Both the position numbers and the translations under genes were made by a program. Of a stretch of DNA of 51,076 nt, positions 28,993 to 38,839 are shown piece after piece. This DNA comes from an uncultured Gammaproteobacteria bacterium. GTDB taxonomy: Bacteria > Pseudomonadota > Gammaproteobacteria > Steroidobacterales > Rariloculaceae. How positions within the stretch are numbered: the first letter of the stretch is position 1; the number at the start of each line of letters is the position of its first letter. The stretch lies in assembly GCA_913041665.1 (NCBI GenBank), contig CAJWKT010000002.1, positions 1 through 51,076 on the forward strand, given 5' to 3'. Under the pieces are notes generated by a model, which was given only the letters and a program-made list of their open reading frames with translations, was not told the DNA's origin and searched no databases.

Positions 28993-29017
28993 AACGTAGA
29001 TTTTCCAATCGCTATCT

Positions 29018-30307
29018 TTAGGGTCGAATTTGACCACTACCCCTGACCACATATTTATAACTAGTAAGCTGCTCGGCGCCAACCGGCCCACGAGCATGAA
29101 CCCGTCCGGTGGCTATACCGAGCTCTGCACCCATACCAAACTCACCACCATCCGCAAACTGCGTGGATGTATTGTGCATAAGAATGGCACTATCAAGCGC
29201 TTTGAAAAACTGCTCTGCCGCATTCGCATCTTCACTGACGATCGACTCGGTATGCCCTGACCCAAACCTTTCGATGTGATGAATCGCCTGATCGAGCCCC
29301 TCAACAATCTTGACTGCAACCACAGCATCCAAATACTCTGTACCCCAGTCAGAGTCTGATGCCGCCACTACACGCTCATCGCAAGCTTGAGTTGTTGGGT
29401 CTCCCCGAACCTCGCAACCGGCGTCAATTAAATCCAACACCAATGGCTTAAGATGAGTATCTACGCAAGACTTATCAACTAAAATAGTTTCAGTGGCACC
29501 ACAAATGCCGGTCCGACGCATCTTGGCGTTGACTACAATGTTGCGTGCCATCTGTAAGTCTGCCGCCCCGTGAACGTAGGTGTGGCAGATTCCCTCTAAG
29601 TGTCCCATCACCGGGATGCGAGCATCTTGTTGCACTCTCGCTATCAGTCCCTTACCACCCCGAGGCACCACGACGTCCAAGAAATCCGCCATGTCCCTGA
29701 GTAATATTCCAACCGCCTCGCGGTCCTGGGTTGGAACCATCTGAACTGCTGCCTCCGGCAATCCAACCTTCTGAAGCCCCTTAACAATACAAGCATGAAT
29801 AGCAGCGCTAGAACGTATGCTCTCCGACCCTCCTCTCAAGATGACCGCGTTGCCGCTCTTGAGACAGAGAGCCCCCGCATCGGCGGTAACATTAGGTCGA
29901 CTCTCATAAATGATGCCGATTACTCCCAGCGGGACCCGCACTCGCTGTATCTGGAGCCCATTTGGTCGTTGCCACTCATCAATGACCTTCCCCACTGGAT
30001 CAGGCAGTCTAGCAATATCCTTAATACTGGAGGCCATCGCATTGATACGTGCTTCATCCAGAGCTAGGCGGTCTAATAGGGCACCTGATAGGTTATTGCC
30101 ACGAGCACTCTCCATATCGGCTGAATTAGCTTTTAAAATATCTAATGTGGATCGGCTCACCCCCGCTGCTGCTGCCTCAAGGGCTGCATTTCTTTCATCC
30201 TCTTCGGCTTTTTTGAGCACACGGGCCGCCTGTCGAGCCATTTTTCCCAACAGAAGCATCTGCTGATATAGGCTCTCATTCCTGCTCTCTGTATTTATCG
30301 ATGTCAT
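29018..30307 (-). CDS. proA: Gamma-glutamyl phosphate reductase
   Basis: 429 aa. The motifs [22 protein letters not shown] and the catalytic Cys context [11 protein letters not shown] are typical of ProA. It overlaps proB by 4 nt. Confidence 0.9.
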   Translation of the reverse strand: MTSINTESRNESLYQQMLLLGKMARQAARVLKKAEEDERNAALEAAAAGVSRSTLDILKANSADMESARGNNLSGALLDRLALDEARINAMASSIKDIARLPDPVGKVIDEWQRPNGLQIQRVRVPLGVIGIIYESRPNVTADAGALCLKSGNAVILRGGSESIRSSAAIHACIVKGLQKVGLPEAAVQMVPTQDREAVGILLRDMADFLDVVVPRGGKGLIARVQQDARIPVMGHLEGICHTYVHGAADLQMARNIVVNAKMRRTGICGATETILVDKSCVDTHLKPLVLDLIDAGCEVRGDPTTQACDERVVAASDSDWGTEYLDAVVAVKIVEGLDQAIHHIERFGSGHTESIVSEDANAAEQFFKALDSAILMHNTSTQFADGGEFGMGAELGIATGRVHARGPVGAEQLTSYKYVVRGSGQIRP

Positions 30308-31461
30308 AAGCCTATCTTGTTCTGGGTTAACACCAAGTCGTTTCTATGAATTATCTCGTCCCGCCTGCAATAACCTAAAATACCGTTGATTGCGCCTGAT
30401 TGGTAGCCTGCTATAGAACGAGTTTCACTAGAAGTATAAGTAGTTAGTCCGCGCCCCAACTCTGTACCATCATGTCCCAAAATCTGCACAACCTCGCCCC
30501 GACCAAAGTCACCCTCCACTGCCAATACACCTGCTGGCAAAAGACTTTTACCCGAAAGAAGCGCACGCTGTGCACCATCATCCACCGTCAAAGCACCTTT
30601 GGGCTTAAGAGTGCCAGCAATCCATTGCTTACGTGCCGCTTTAGGAGTCGAGGTTGGCATAAACCAAGTAGCTCGGCCGCCGTCAAGAAGTTCTCGAATA
30701 GGTTTCTTAACACGCCCGCTCGTTATCACTACTCGACAACCAGCTCCAAGTGCGATGCGCGCTGCATCAAGTTTCGTGCGCATTCCGCCGGTACCCTGAG
30801 CCGAACCAGGACCTCCAGCCATATCCCAGTAGTCATGCTTAAGATCGGTAATTTCGGGAATATGCCGCGCTTGTTGATCGGCCTTTGGGTCAGAAGTGTA
30901 CAGTCCGTCCACGTCAGAGAGAATAATTAAGCAGTCAGCACTGAGCATTTGCGCTACATGTGCTGCCAAGCGATCATTATCACCGTAGCGTATTTCTTCT
31001 GTGGCAACCGTGTCATTTTCATTAACTACAGGTATTGCACCACGGCTGAGCAAAGTGAGGAGCGTACCTTCAGCGTTTAGATAGCGCCGTCGACTCTCGC
31101 TGTCATCCAAAGTCAATAAAACCTGAGCTGCTGTAAGATCCTTAAGACCGAGTTCTTCTTGATAGGCGTGGGCAAGCTGAATCTGACCCACCGCTGCCGA
31201 TGCCTGGCTTTCTTCCAAGCGCATGCGATCGGATGCCAAGCCTAATTGACCAGTTCCCAAAGCAATAGAGCCAGATGACACTATCACCACCTCTTGACCT
31301 GCCTTGCGCATGGCTGAAACGTCACTACATAGAGCCGCTAACCAAGCTCGATCAAGGGTGCCACTCGACTGATCCACAAACAGCGAAGAACCAATCTTAA
31401 TTACAACTCGCCGCGCATCAAGCAGATGCTTCGCACCGCCTACTTGTGATTTAGGAGCCAC
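30304..31461 (-). CDS. proB: Glutamate 5-kinase (with PUA domain)
   Basis: The motifs [15 protein letters not shown] and NENDTVA are present, plus a C-terminal PUA-like region. It uses a GTG start and begins 8 nt after the ilvH stop. Confidence 0.9.
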   Translation of the reverse strand: MAPKSQVGGAKHLLDARRVVIKIGSSLFVDQSSGTLDRAWLAALCSDVSAMRKAGQEVVIVSSGSIALGTGQLGLASDRMRLEESQASAAVGQIQLAHAYQEELGLKDLTAAQVLLTLDDSESRRRYLNAEGTLLTLLSRGAIPVVNENDTVATEEIRYGDNDRLAAHVAQMLSADCLIILSDVDGLYTSDPKADQQARHIPEITDLKHDYWDMAGGPGSAQGTGGMRTKLDAARIALGAGCRVVITSGRVKKPIRELLDGGRATWFMPTSTPKAARKQWIAGTLKPKGALTVDDGAQRALLSGKSLLPAGVLAVEGDFGRGEVVQILGHDGTELGRGLTTYTSSETRSIAGYQSGAINGILGYCRRDEIIHRNDLVLTQNKIGL

Positions 31462-31469
31462 AAGCTACC

Positions 31470-31976
31470 TCAAAGTGATGAAGTGGGATTAAGAACAGGC
31501 GCACCTCTAGCCACGGCCATGGCCCCACTGCGAACCACAGTTAGAATCTCGGCCTTCGCGCCAATGTTATTCATGAACCGATCAATGTCCGCACTTCCAC
31601 CGATCAACTCTACGGTGTAATGACCCTCATAGGTATCCAATATTTTAGCTCCAAAGTCCCGGACAAGTGCCTCCAAATTTTCCAACCCACTCTCTTCAAT
31701 CTGAAGCTTAAATAAGGCTATCTCCCTCTCGATATGATCACCACTAGTCATGTCGATTATATTGATGACATCCACCAGTTTAGCTAGCTGCTTAGAGATC
31801 TGATCTATAACGTCATCAGACCCGTGAGTTACCAAAGTAAGACGAGATACCATCTCGTCGCTGGTCGGCGCTACATTAAGGCTCTCAATATTGTAAGCGC
31901 GAGAGGAGAACAAATCGGCTACCCGAGCTAAGGCGCCGGCCTCATTCTGGAGCAGTATCGAGATAACGTGTCGCAT
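31470..31976 (-). CDS. ilvH: Acetolactate synthase small (regulatory, ACT-domain) subunit
   Basis: From the internal Met (nt 31976) the sequence is MRHVISILLQNEAGALARVADLFSSRAYNIESLNVAPTSDEMVSRLTLVT...KQLAKLVDVI...HIEREIALFKLQ. It is collinear with E. coli IlvH. The ORF-track start at 32018 adds 14 unlikely residues. Confidence 0.88.
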   Translation of the reverse strand: MRHVISILLQNEAGALARVADLFSSRAYNIESLNVAPTSDEMVSRLTLVTHGSDDVIDQISKQLAKLVDVINIIDMTSGDHIEREIALFKLQIEESGLENLEALVRDFGAKILDTYEGHYTVELIGGSADIDRFMNNIGAKAEILTVVRSGAMAVARGAPVLNPTSSL

Positions 31977-32070
31977 ACCAAGATGTTGGCTGAGAACAAA
32001 GGGTATTGCAATGCGCAAGCTTTATCGGCAACACTGAGCGTGTCAGTACAAACTGAGGCAGTATCCGCCT

Positions 32071-33927
32071 TTGTCGAAAAAAATGGGCACTAAAATCAAA
32101 CCAAACTCGGGTGAAGTGATACAACACTCACAGACCACCATGAATGGAGCAGACATAATCGTTCGGGTGTTAGTCGATGAGGGTGTTAGCACGCTTTTTG
32201 GGTATAGCGGAGGAGCTATCCTGCCCACTTTTGATGCGTTGTTCCGGTACAACAAGGCAAACGGCGACAGGGATCCAATGCCAATAATTGTTCCAGCCAA
32301 CGAACAGGGTGCCACGTTTATGGCGGCTGGCTATGCGCGAGCCAGTGGAAAAGTCGGAGTAGCCGTGGTTACCTCTGGCCCAGGCGCTACTAATTGTGTC
32401 ACCCCTGTACGAGACTGCATGGCAGATTCAGTTCCTATTGTCGTTATATGTGGGCAAGTTGGAACTACAGCTATTGGCACAGATGCATTTCAAGAGGCTC
32501 CTGTGAGAGGAATCATGAGTTCAGTGGCCAAACACGTATATTTAGTTACGGACCCAAAAAAACTCGAATCGACTATGCGGACCGCTTTCGAGTTAGCGAG
32601 AACAGGCCGCCCAGGACCTGTCGTTGTGGATGTACCAAAGGACGTTCAAAACTGGGAAGGGGCCTATCAGGGCAAGGGCCGCCTTCCCATCCTCGGGTAC
32701 CGATACCGACTAGAAGCAGTTAACAACAACACCCTAAGTAAACAAAAATGCAAAGAATTCTTCTCCATGCTAGCTGAAGCAAAGCGTCCACTGATTTATG
32801 CCGGTGGCGGCGTAATCAATGGTAATGCTAGTGATGCATTAAGAAAGTTAGCGCTCACCTTCAAGATACCTGTAACAACTACGTTGATGGGTCTCGGGGG
32901 CTTTGACACCAAGCACCCGCTGTCGCTGCACATGCTTGGCATGCACGGCACTGCATATGCCAATTACGCAGTGGATGATTGTGATCTACTAATAAATGTA
33001 GGTGCCCGATTCGATGATCGTGTAGCCGGAGACCCAAAGCGTTTTGCAGCAAATGCGCAGCATATCCTGCACTTCGACTTGGACCCATCAGAAATCAATA
33101 AAGTGAAGTCAACCGATTGGTACCACCTAGGCATACTGAGGGAAGCGCTGAAAACGCTCGTCAATTACGGGCAAAAAATACATTTCAATCCCGACTATTC
33201 TCCCTGGCACGAAGAAATTGGAAAATTAAAATCCACTTACGCACTCAACTATGATCGTGAAAGTAAGCTAATTCAGCCAAATTACGTAATTGAAACTATA
33301 AATAAAATTACAAAAGGCAAGGCCATTATCACAACTGGTGTGGGGCAGCACCAGATGTGGGCGGCACAATACTGCGACTTCCGTGACCCTCGTTTGTGGC
33401 TGACCTCTGGAAGTATGGGAACTATGGGATTTGGGCTACCCGCTGCTATCGGAGCTCAGTTGGCTCAGCCTGACAAACAGGTCATCGACATCGATGGGGA
33501 TGCGAGCATTCGCATGAATTTGGGTGAGCTTGAGACCGTCACAACCTATGACCTTCCCATTAAGATTGTGGTTCTTAACAACTACGGAGATGGCATGGTA
33601 ATGCAGTGGCAGCGCCTCTTTTTCAAGGGAAGAATAGCCGCTAGCGATAAATCACTTCGAAAAAAAAACTTTATAAAAACGGCCCAAGCAGACGGCTTCC
33701 GCTATGCCAAACGATTGGAACAGAAAAAGGATGTGCCTACGGTACTAAAAGAGTTCCTTGCATTCGATGGCCCCGCTTTTCTAGAAGTTGTTATCGATCA
33801 GGAAGCCGGAGTTTATCCTATGGTGCCGCCAGGCTTATCCTACAAAGAAATGGTAACCGGAGACTACATCCCTAATCGCTATGACAGTAAAAAAACTGTG
33901 GATCCAGATGCCTCGGAGATGTTTTAG
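32071..33927 (+). CDS. ilvI: Acetolactate synthase large (catalytic, ThDP/FAD) subunit
   Basis: The sequence is MNGADIIVRVLVDEGVSTLFGYSGGAILP...TSGPGATN...GTDAFQE...GSMGTMGFGLPAAIGAQ...IDGDASIRMN. The likely true start is the Met at nt 32140. Confidence 0.9.
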   Translation: MSKKMGTKIKPNSGEVIQHSQTTMNGADIIVRVLVDEGVSTLFGYSGGAILPTFDALFRYNKANGDRDPMPIIVPANEQGATFMAAGYARASGKVGVAVVTSGPGATNCVTPVRDCMADSVPIVVICGQVGTTAIGTDAFQEAPVRGIMSSVAKHVYLVTDPKKLESTMRTAFELARTGRPGPVVVDVPKDVQNWEGAYQGKGRLPILGYRYRLEAVNNNTLSKQKCKEFFSMLAEAKRPLIYAGGGVINGNASDALRKLALTFKIPVTTTLMGLGGFDTKHPLSLHMLGMHGTAYANYAVDDCDLLINVGARFDDRVAGDPKRFAANAQHILHFDLDPSEINKVKSTDWYHLGILREALKTLVNYGQKIHFNPDYSPWHEEIGKLKSTYALNYDRESKLIQPNYVIETINKITKGKAIITTGVGQHQMWAAQYCDFRDPRLWLTSGSMGTMGFGLPAAIGAQLAQPDKQVIDIDGDASIRMNLGELETVTTYDLPIKIVVLNNYGDGMVMQWQRLFFKGRIAASDKSLRKKNFIKTAQADGFRYAKRLEQKKDVPTVLKEFLAFDGPAFLEVVIDQEAGVYPMVPPGLSYKEMVTGDYIPNRYDSKKTVDPDASEMF

Positions 33928-33997
33928 GGAAATTACCCAGCCTAGCCACGGAATTTTATTAGCTATCCGAGCGCGAGATACTAAAGTCGATATTAGA

Positions 33998-35248
33998 CTA
34001 CAAAAGATCGGAGCTGCGGGACAAAACCCGATGTATGGCACTGATCAGAATCCCGAGATCAATTTCACTTATTATCAGTGGCGGCATAAGGTACACAACA
34101 TCACCAAATGGGCGTACCCACACACCCTCCTGTATAAAGCGGTGTCTGAGGCCAGCTAAGTCCGGCATTCGATCCAGTTGAACTACACCGATTGCGCCCT
34201 TACAGCGAACATCATGCACCCCCTTAATTGAACGACAGAGCTCCAATCCATCAGAAAGTTGAGCTTCAATTCGCAAAACCTGCTCCAGACGTGGCTCCAT
34301 TTCAAAGAGCGACAAAGATGCAATCGCAGCCACGCATCCCAAGGGATGTCCTGAAAAGGTTGGTCCGTGCATTAGAGCATCACCCTCCGATTCTGAAAGG
34401 AAGGCCTCATATACACGGTCTGTGGCTACTGTAGCGGCCAGAGGCGAAGTTCCACCCGTAAGCGCTTTTGAGAGCGTGATTATGTCGGGTACTACACCTG
34501 CTTGTTCGCAGGCGAATAGCGTACCAGTCCGCCCAAAGCCTGTAGCAATCTCATCCAAAATTAGCAAGACTCCGTGCCGACTAGCAATTTCAGCAATTCC
34601 AGCGAGGATCATCGGGCTATGAAATTTCATACCGCCCGCCGCCTGCACCAGCGGCTCCAAAATCACGGCTGCCAACTGAGTTGAGTTTTTTGCCACAAAT
34701 GCCTCAAGGTCTGCTAATTCACTCCTATTCCTAGGCAAGTCGACGATCATTTGCGCTGGAACAATGCCAGCAAAAGACCGGCTGTTCCCATCCCCGGGGT
34801 CACCAACAGACATAGCCGCAAAAGTATCGCCATGGTAGCCGCAACGAAAGCTTAAAAAGAGGAATTTATCCCTATCACCCTGATTGGTGAAAAATTGCGT
34901 CGCCATTTTCATGGCGATTTCCACCGAAACCGAACCTGATTCAGAAAGAAACACATGATTCAGATCTCCTGGCAAGATCTTGCAAAGCTGCTCAGTCAAC
35001 TCGAGTATAGGAGCATGAACGATGCCCCCCAGCATGATGTGCGGCATGCGCTCCAACTGATCTTTTACAGCGGCTTTTATGTAAGGGTGGTTATAGCCAT
35101 GACAGGCTGCCCACCATGATGACGTTCCATCGACAAGCGTCCTTCCGTCCTTAAGCGCAATGCGCACACCTTCTGCTCCCACAACCTCAATAGGCTTGGG
35201 CAATGTCTGCATCTGACTATAAGGTAACCAAACATGAGTTAGGTCCAT
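33998..35248 (-). CDS. bioA: Adenosylmethionine-8-amino-7-oxononanoate aminotransferase
   Basis: The motifs VWLPYSQMQ..., SSWWAACHGYNHP, LDEIATGFGRTG and LSKALTGG (PLP lysine) are characteristic of BioA. Confidence 0.9.
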   Translation of the reverse strand: MDLTHVWLPYSQMQTLPKPIEVVGAEGVRIALKDGRTLVDGTSSWWAACHGYNHPYIKAAVKDQLERMPHIMLGGIVHAPILELTEQLCKILPGDLNHVFLSESGSVSVEIAMKMATQFFTNQGDRDKFLFLSFRCGYHGDTFAAMSVGDPGDGNSRSFAGIVPAQMIVDLPRNRSELADLEAFVAKNSTQLAAVILEPLVQAAGGMKFHSPMILAGIAEIASRHGVLLILDEIATGFGRTGTLFACEQAGVVPDIITLSKALTGGTSPLAATVATDRVYEAFLSESEGDALMHGPTFSGHPLGCVAAIASLSLFEMEPRLEQVLRIEAQLSDGLELCRSIKGVHDVRCKGAIGVVQLDRMPDLAGLRHRFIQEGVWVRPFGDVVYLMPPLIISEIDLGILISAIHRVLSRSSDLL

Positions 35249-35345
35249 TGGCGTTCCTCGATAAAATAGGCCAGAAATAAAGAAGTGCGGTCGATCCTGT
35301 GTAGTTCGCCCTACCCATTCTCCTGCGACTGCCCCATCCGGGCGC

Positions 35346-36746
35346 GTGTCGCTATACTACAATGGTACTCGGTCAATGCTCTTTAATATGAAAAGTTTAA
35401 GTTGTTTCAAAGCTTACGATGTTCGCGGACTTGTTCCAGAAGAACTCAATGAAGATGTCGTTTATCGCATAGGGCGTGCCTATGCAGCATTCGTAGAACC
35501 CCAGAAGGTAGCCGTCGGATATGACATCCGTCTATCCAGCCGCCGTCTTTCCAAAGCACTCATTGCAGGCCTAACCGATTCTGGAGTCGACGTAATAGAC
35601 ATCGGAATAGGCGGATCGGAATTAAGTTACTTTGCCACATTTCACGAAAATATCGATGGCGGGATCATGGTCACTGCCAGTCATAACCCGCCAGATTACA
35701 ATGGTCTAAAATTTGTACGCGAGGAATCAAAACCTATTAGCGCAGACACGGGACTAGAGGAAATCCGGATTCTGGCAGAAAAAAATCAATTCCCCACCAC
35801 AGACAGAAAGGGTCTCGTTACTAAAAAAGATGTCAAACCTGACTATATACAGCACCTTCTGTCCTATGTAAGTACACCTGATCTCTCACCCTTGAAAATT
35901 GTGGTCAATGCAGGCAACGGTGGTGCTGGGCCAATCTTAGACCTACTGGAACCCCATCTGCCCTTTGAATTTTTTAGAATGCACCATGAGCCCGATGGTA
36001 CTTTTCCGAACGGTGTACCAAACCCGCTGCTAGAAACAAATCGCAGCGAAACAATAATGCACGTCCAGAAAACTGGTGCAGACTTGGGCTTAGCGTGGGA
36101 CGGAGACTATGACCGTTGTTTCTTCTTCGACGAGGACGGCAGATTTATTGATGGTTACTATATCGTGGGCCTTCTAGCACAAGCTTTCCTAAAAAAATCT
36201 CCTGGAGAAAGAATTGTCCATGACCCACGTCTGACGTGGAATATTTTAGACATAGTAAAAAAAGGAGGCGGGCAAGCATTGCAAAGCAAATCTGGGCACG
36301 CATTCATAAAACAAACGATGCGAGAAAAAGATGCCATCTATGGCGGGGAAATGAGTGCACATCATTACTTCCGTGACTTCTCCTATGCAGACAGCGGCAT
36401 GATTCCGTGGCTGCTAGTAACAGAAATTATGAGCCAAAAAAATGATCCGCTCTCTGCATTAGTAGGCAAAAGAATGGAGCTTTTCCCTGCTAGTGGGGAA
36501 ATTAACCGCAAGGTGGAAGATGTCGAGACTACAATTAATAGAATTAAATCACTTTATGCCGAAAACGCACTCAGTATCGATCACACAGATGGAGTCAGTA
36601 TAGAGTTTGCAGACTGGAGGTTTAACCTGAGAGCATCTAATACTGAACCTGTTGTTCGCTTAAATGTGGAAAGTAATGGCAACATGAAATTGATGCAGCA
36701 ACGAACTGATGAGTTACTGCGTGTATTAGGTGGGAAGGCGGCTTAA
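35346..36746 (+). CDS. Phosphomannomutase/phosphoglucomutase
   Basis: The motifs FKAYDVRG, the active-site serine loop TASHNPPDYNGLKF, metal loop DGDYDR and GGEMSAHH are present. The start is probably an internal Met (nt 35376 or 35388). Confidence 0.9.
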   Translation: MSLYYNGTRSMLFNMKSLSCFKAYDVRGLVPEELNEDVVYRIGRAYAAFVEPQKVAVGYDIRLSSRRLSKALIAGLTDSGVDVIDIGIGGSELSYFATFHENIDGGIMVTASHNPPDYNGLKFVREESKPISADTGLEEIRILAEKNQFPTTDRKGLVTKKDVKPDYIQHLLSYVSTPDLSPLKIVVNAGNGGAGPILDLLEPHLPFEFFRMHHEPDGTFPNGVPNPLLETNRSETIMHVQKTGADLGLAWDGDYDRCFFFDEDGRFIDGYYIVGLLAQAFLKKSPGERIVHDPRLTWNILDIVKKGGGQALQSKSGHAFIKQTMREKDAIYGGEMSAHHYFRDFSYADSGMIPWLLVTEIMSQKNDPLSALVGKRMELFPASGEINRKVEDVETTINRIKSLYAENALSIDHTDGVSIEFADWRFNLRASNTEPVVRLNVESNGNMKLMQQRTDELLRVLGGKAA

Positions 36747-36776
36747 GTCAGCCAAACTCTTAAATGAATAAACCCA

Positions 36777-37937
36777 TTGAGTCTTAAAACTTTAGAGCAA
36801 TTGGCCGATAATAAACTCAGGGAGCTGGGAGCCCTTGAGCTTAAGCGCAAACTCAGAATCACTGAGCGTAAGGCATTTGCCCGCACGTTACAGGAAGAAA
36901 AAAGGTTAGTAAGTTTCTCCTGCAATGATTACCTAGGTTTGTCTACCCATAAAGAAGTCATAGAAGCCAGCGTTAAAGCCACACGCCAGCATGGCACCGG
37001 GGCAGGTGCATCCCGCTTGATTACGGGCAATCACCCTTTATTTCAGACATTAGAGAAACGGCTGGCCCGCCTTAAAAACACTGACGATTCAGTGGTCTTC
37101 GGAAGTGGGTATTTAGCGGGTATAGGGGTCATTCCAACCTTAATTGGGCCTGACGACTTGATCCTCATAGATGAATTGAGTCACTCCTGCTTGAAAACAG
37201 GCGCTAAACTGACCGGCGGCCGGATATTAAATTTTAAGCATAATAATGTTCTGCATACGGAAGAGCTTTTGCGAAATTATCGTAGAAAACACCGGTACTG
37301 TTTATTAATTACAGAAAGCGTATTCAGCATGGAAGGTGATCTAGCGCCGCTGTCAGAGCTTTCCAAGCTCGCCATTCAGTTTGACGGTTGGTTGATGAGC
37401 GATGATGCTCATGGCCTAGGCGTGCTTGGGCACGGACGAGGTTCTGGTTTCACCCAAAAAGACCCAATAACGATTCCACTTCAGATGGGAACATTGTCGA
37501 AAGCCGCAGGTGCATATGGCGGATTCATTTGTGCGAGCCACCAAGTAACTAACCTAATTCGCAATAGAGCTCGCACTTTTGTTTACACGACTGGGCTACC
37601 TGCTGGCACTGTCGCTGCTGCTATTAAAGCCCTTGAAATCATTGAGAGAAATCCGATCCTCACAACCCTTCCTGTTAAGCGAGCGCAACTTTTCACTGAT
37701 GAACTCGGGCTACCACAGGCTAAGAGCGCTATCGTCCCGATTATTTTACACACTCCCGAGAGAGCGTTAATGGCTAGCCAATCACTGGAAAAAAAAGGAT
37801 TTCTCGTTACCGCCATTCGCCCACCGTCGGTTCCTCGAGGCACAGCAAGGTTAAGGTGCGCGTTCTCCGCAGCTCACTCGGAGAAAGATGTGCTTGAGTT
37901 CGCTTCAGCTATGCGGCCCTTACTAAAACCGCTATGA
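36777..37937 (+). CDS. bioF: 8-amino-7-oxononanoate synthase
   Basis: It uses a TTG start. The motifs FSCNDYLGL, GASRLITGN, DDAHG and PLP-lysine GTLSKAAG are present. Confidence 0.88.
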   Translation: MSLKTLEQLADNKLRELGALELKRKLRITERKAFARTLQEEKRLVSFSCNDYLGLSTHKEVIEASVKATRQHGTGAGASRLITGNHPLFQTLEKRLARLKNTDDSVVFGSGYLAGIGVIPTLIGPDDLILIDELSHSCLKTGAKLTGGRILNFKHNNVLHTEELLRNYRRKHRYCLLITESVFSMEGDLAPLSELSKLAIQFDGWLMSDDAHGLGVLGHGRGSGFTQKDPITIPLQMGTLSKAAGAYGGFICASHQVTNLIRNRARTFVYTTGLPAGTVAAAIKALEIIERNPILTTLPVKRAQLFTDELGLPQAKSAIVPIILHTPERALMASQSLEKKGFLVTAIRPPSVPRGTARLRCAFSAAHSEKDVLEFASAMRPLLKPL

Positions 37938-38605
37938 AGACATTTTTCATAACGTCCTCGGGCACAGAGATTGGAAAAACATTTGTGACGACCCTCCTTG
38001 CAACTCAGCTAACTCATTCGGGTTATCGCGTTCGTGCCCTGAAGCCCTTGGCAACAGGGTTTGATCCGGCACGCCCCGAAAATAGTGACAGCGATCTGTT
38101 GCTGAGGGCTGTTGACCTTCGGCTTGATGAAAAAAACCTAGCTAGAGTATCACCGTGGAGGTTCAGTGCAGCCTTGTCACCCGATGTGGCTGCAGAACTG
38201 GAAGGTCGCAACATCGACCTCCATGAACTCACCGACTTTTGCTTAAAGCAAGAGAACGCAGATGTTACTCTAATAGAAGGTATTGGTGGCGTTATGGTGC
38301 CACTGAATCAGGAACATACGGTACTGGATTGGATTCAGGCGCTAGGGGTACCGGTAGTCTTAGTTGTGGGTAGCTACTTAGGGACGTTAAGTCATGCACT
38401 GTCTGCAGCAGGCATGCTCCAGGCACGCGGTCAAACGATAGCCGGGGTTATTATTAGCGAATCCACCAACCAGCCAATGAAGGTCGAAAAAACCGCGTGG
38501 ACACTTGAGCGATTCCTTCACCCTATACCAATACAGATTTTACCTAGACTAGAAAGCCAAGAAGCCGCCCCAAACTTGCTAACGTTGCTAGATCTGCATC
38601 TCTAG
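37934..38605 (+). CDS. bioD: Dethiobiotin synthetase
   Basis: The P-loop is FFITSSGTEIGKTFVT and a later motif is IEGIGGVMVPL. It overlaps bioF by 4 nt. Confidence 0.88.
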   Translation: MKTFFITSSGTEIGKTFVTTLLATQLTHSGYRVRALKPLATGFDPARPENSDSDLLLRAVDLRLDEKNLARVSPWRFSAALSPDVAAELEGRNIDLHELTDFCLKQENADVTLIEGIGGVMVPLNQEHTVLDWIQALGVPVVLVVGSYLGTLSHALSAAGMLQARGQTIAGVIISESTNQPMKVEKTAWTLERFLHPIPIQILPRLESQEAAPNLLTLLDLHL

Positions 38606-38839
38606 TCAATAGCAAAAAGAACGAATTTTCTTTTCGTTAAAAACTTCCCTCGTTTAGTCAAAAAGAGCCACTTTTAAGAGCGCACTAAAGCCTCAAGTCT
38701 TTTATTAACCTCCACAGGTCTTTTGGGGATCCTGTTTTAAAAAATATTTCTCTGGATCTTGAAGCAGTTTTAGGACGTGCTTAGGTCTTTGGGAGCTACA
38801 TCACGCGCGCCGCGTATTGTAGGGCTTTCGGTAACGTAC

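Noticed and set aside
28993-29017. Possible ModE-type operator (ATAACG ... ATCGCTAT) upstream of moaE
   Set aside because: The two halves are not proper inverted repeats of the ATCGCTATATA consensus. There are too many mismatches to support a call.
38606-38839. 234-nt convergent intergenic region as a possible sRNA or terminator site
   Set aside because: I found only weak hairpins: AACGAA/TTCGTT near 38618-38636 and an interrupted ACGCG-CGC-CGCGT stem at 38798-38822. Neither has a U-tract, and I recognised no conserved RNA motif.
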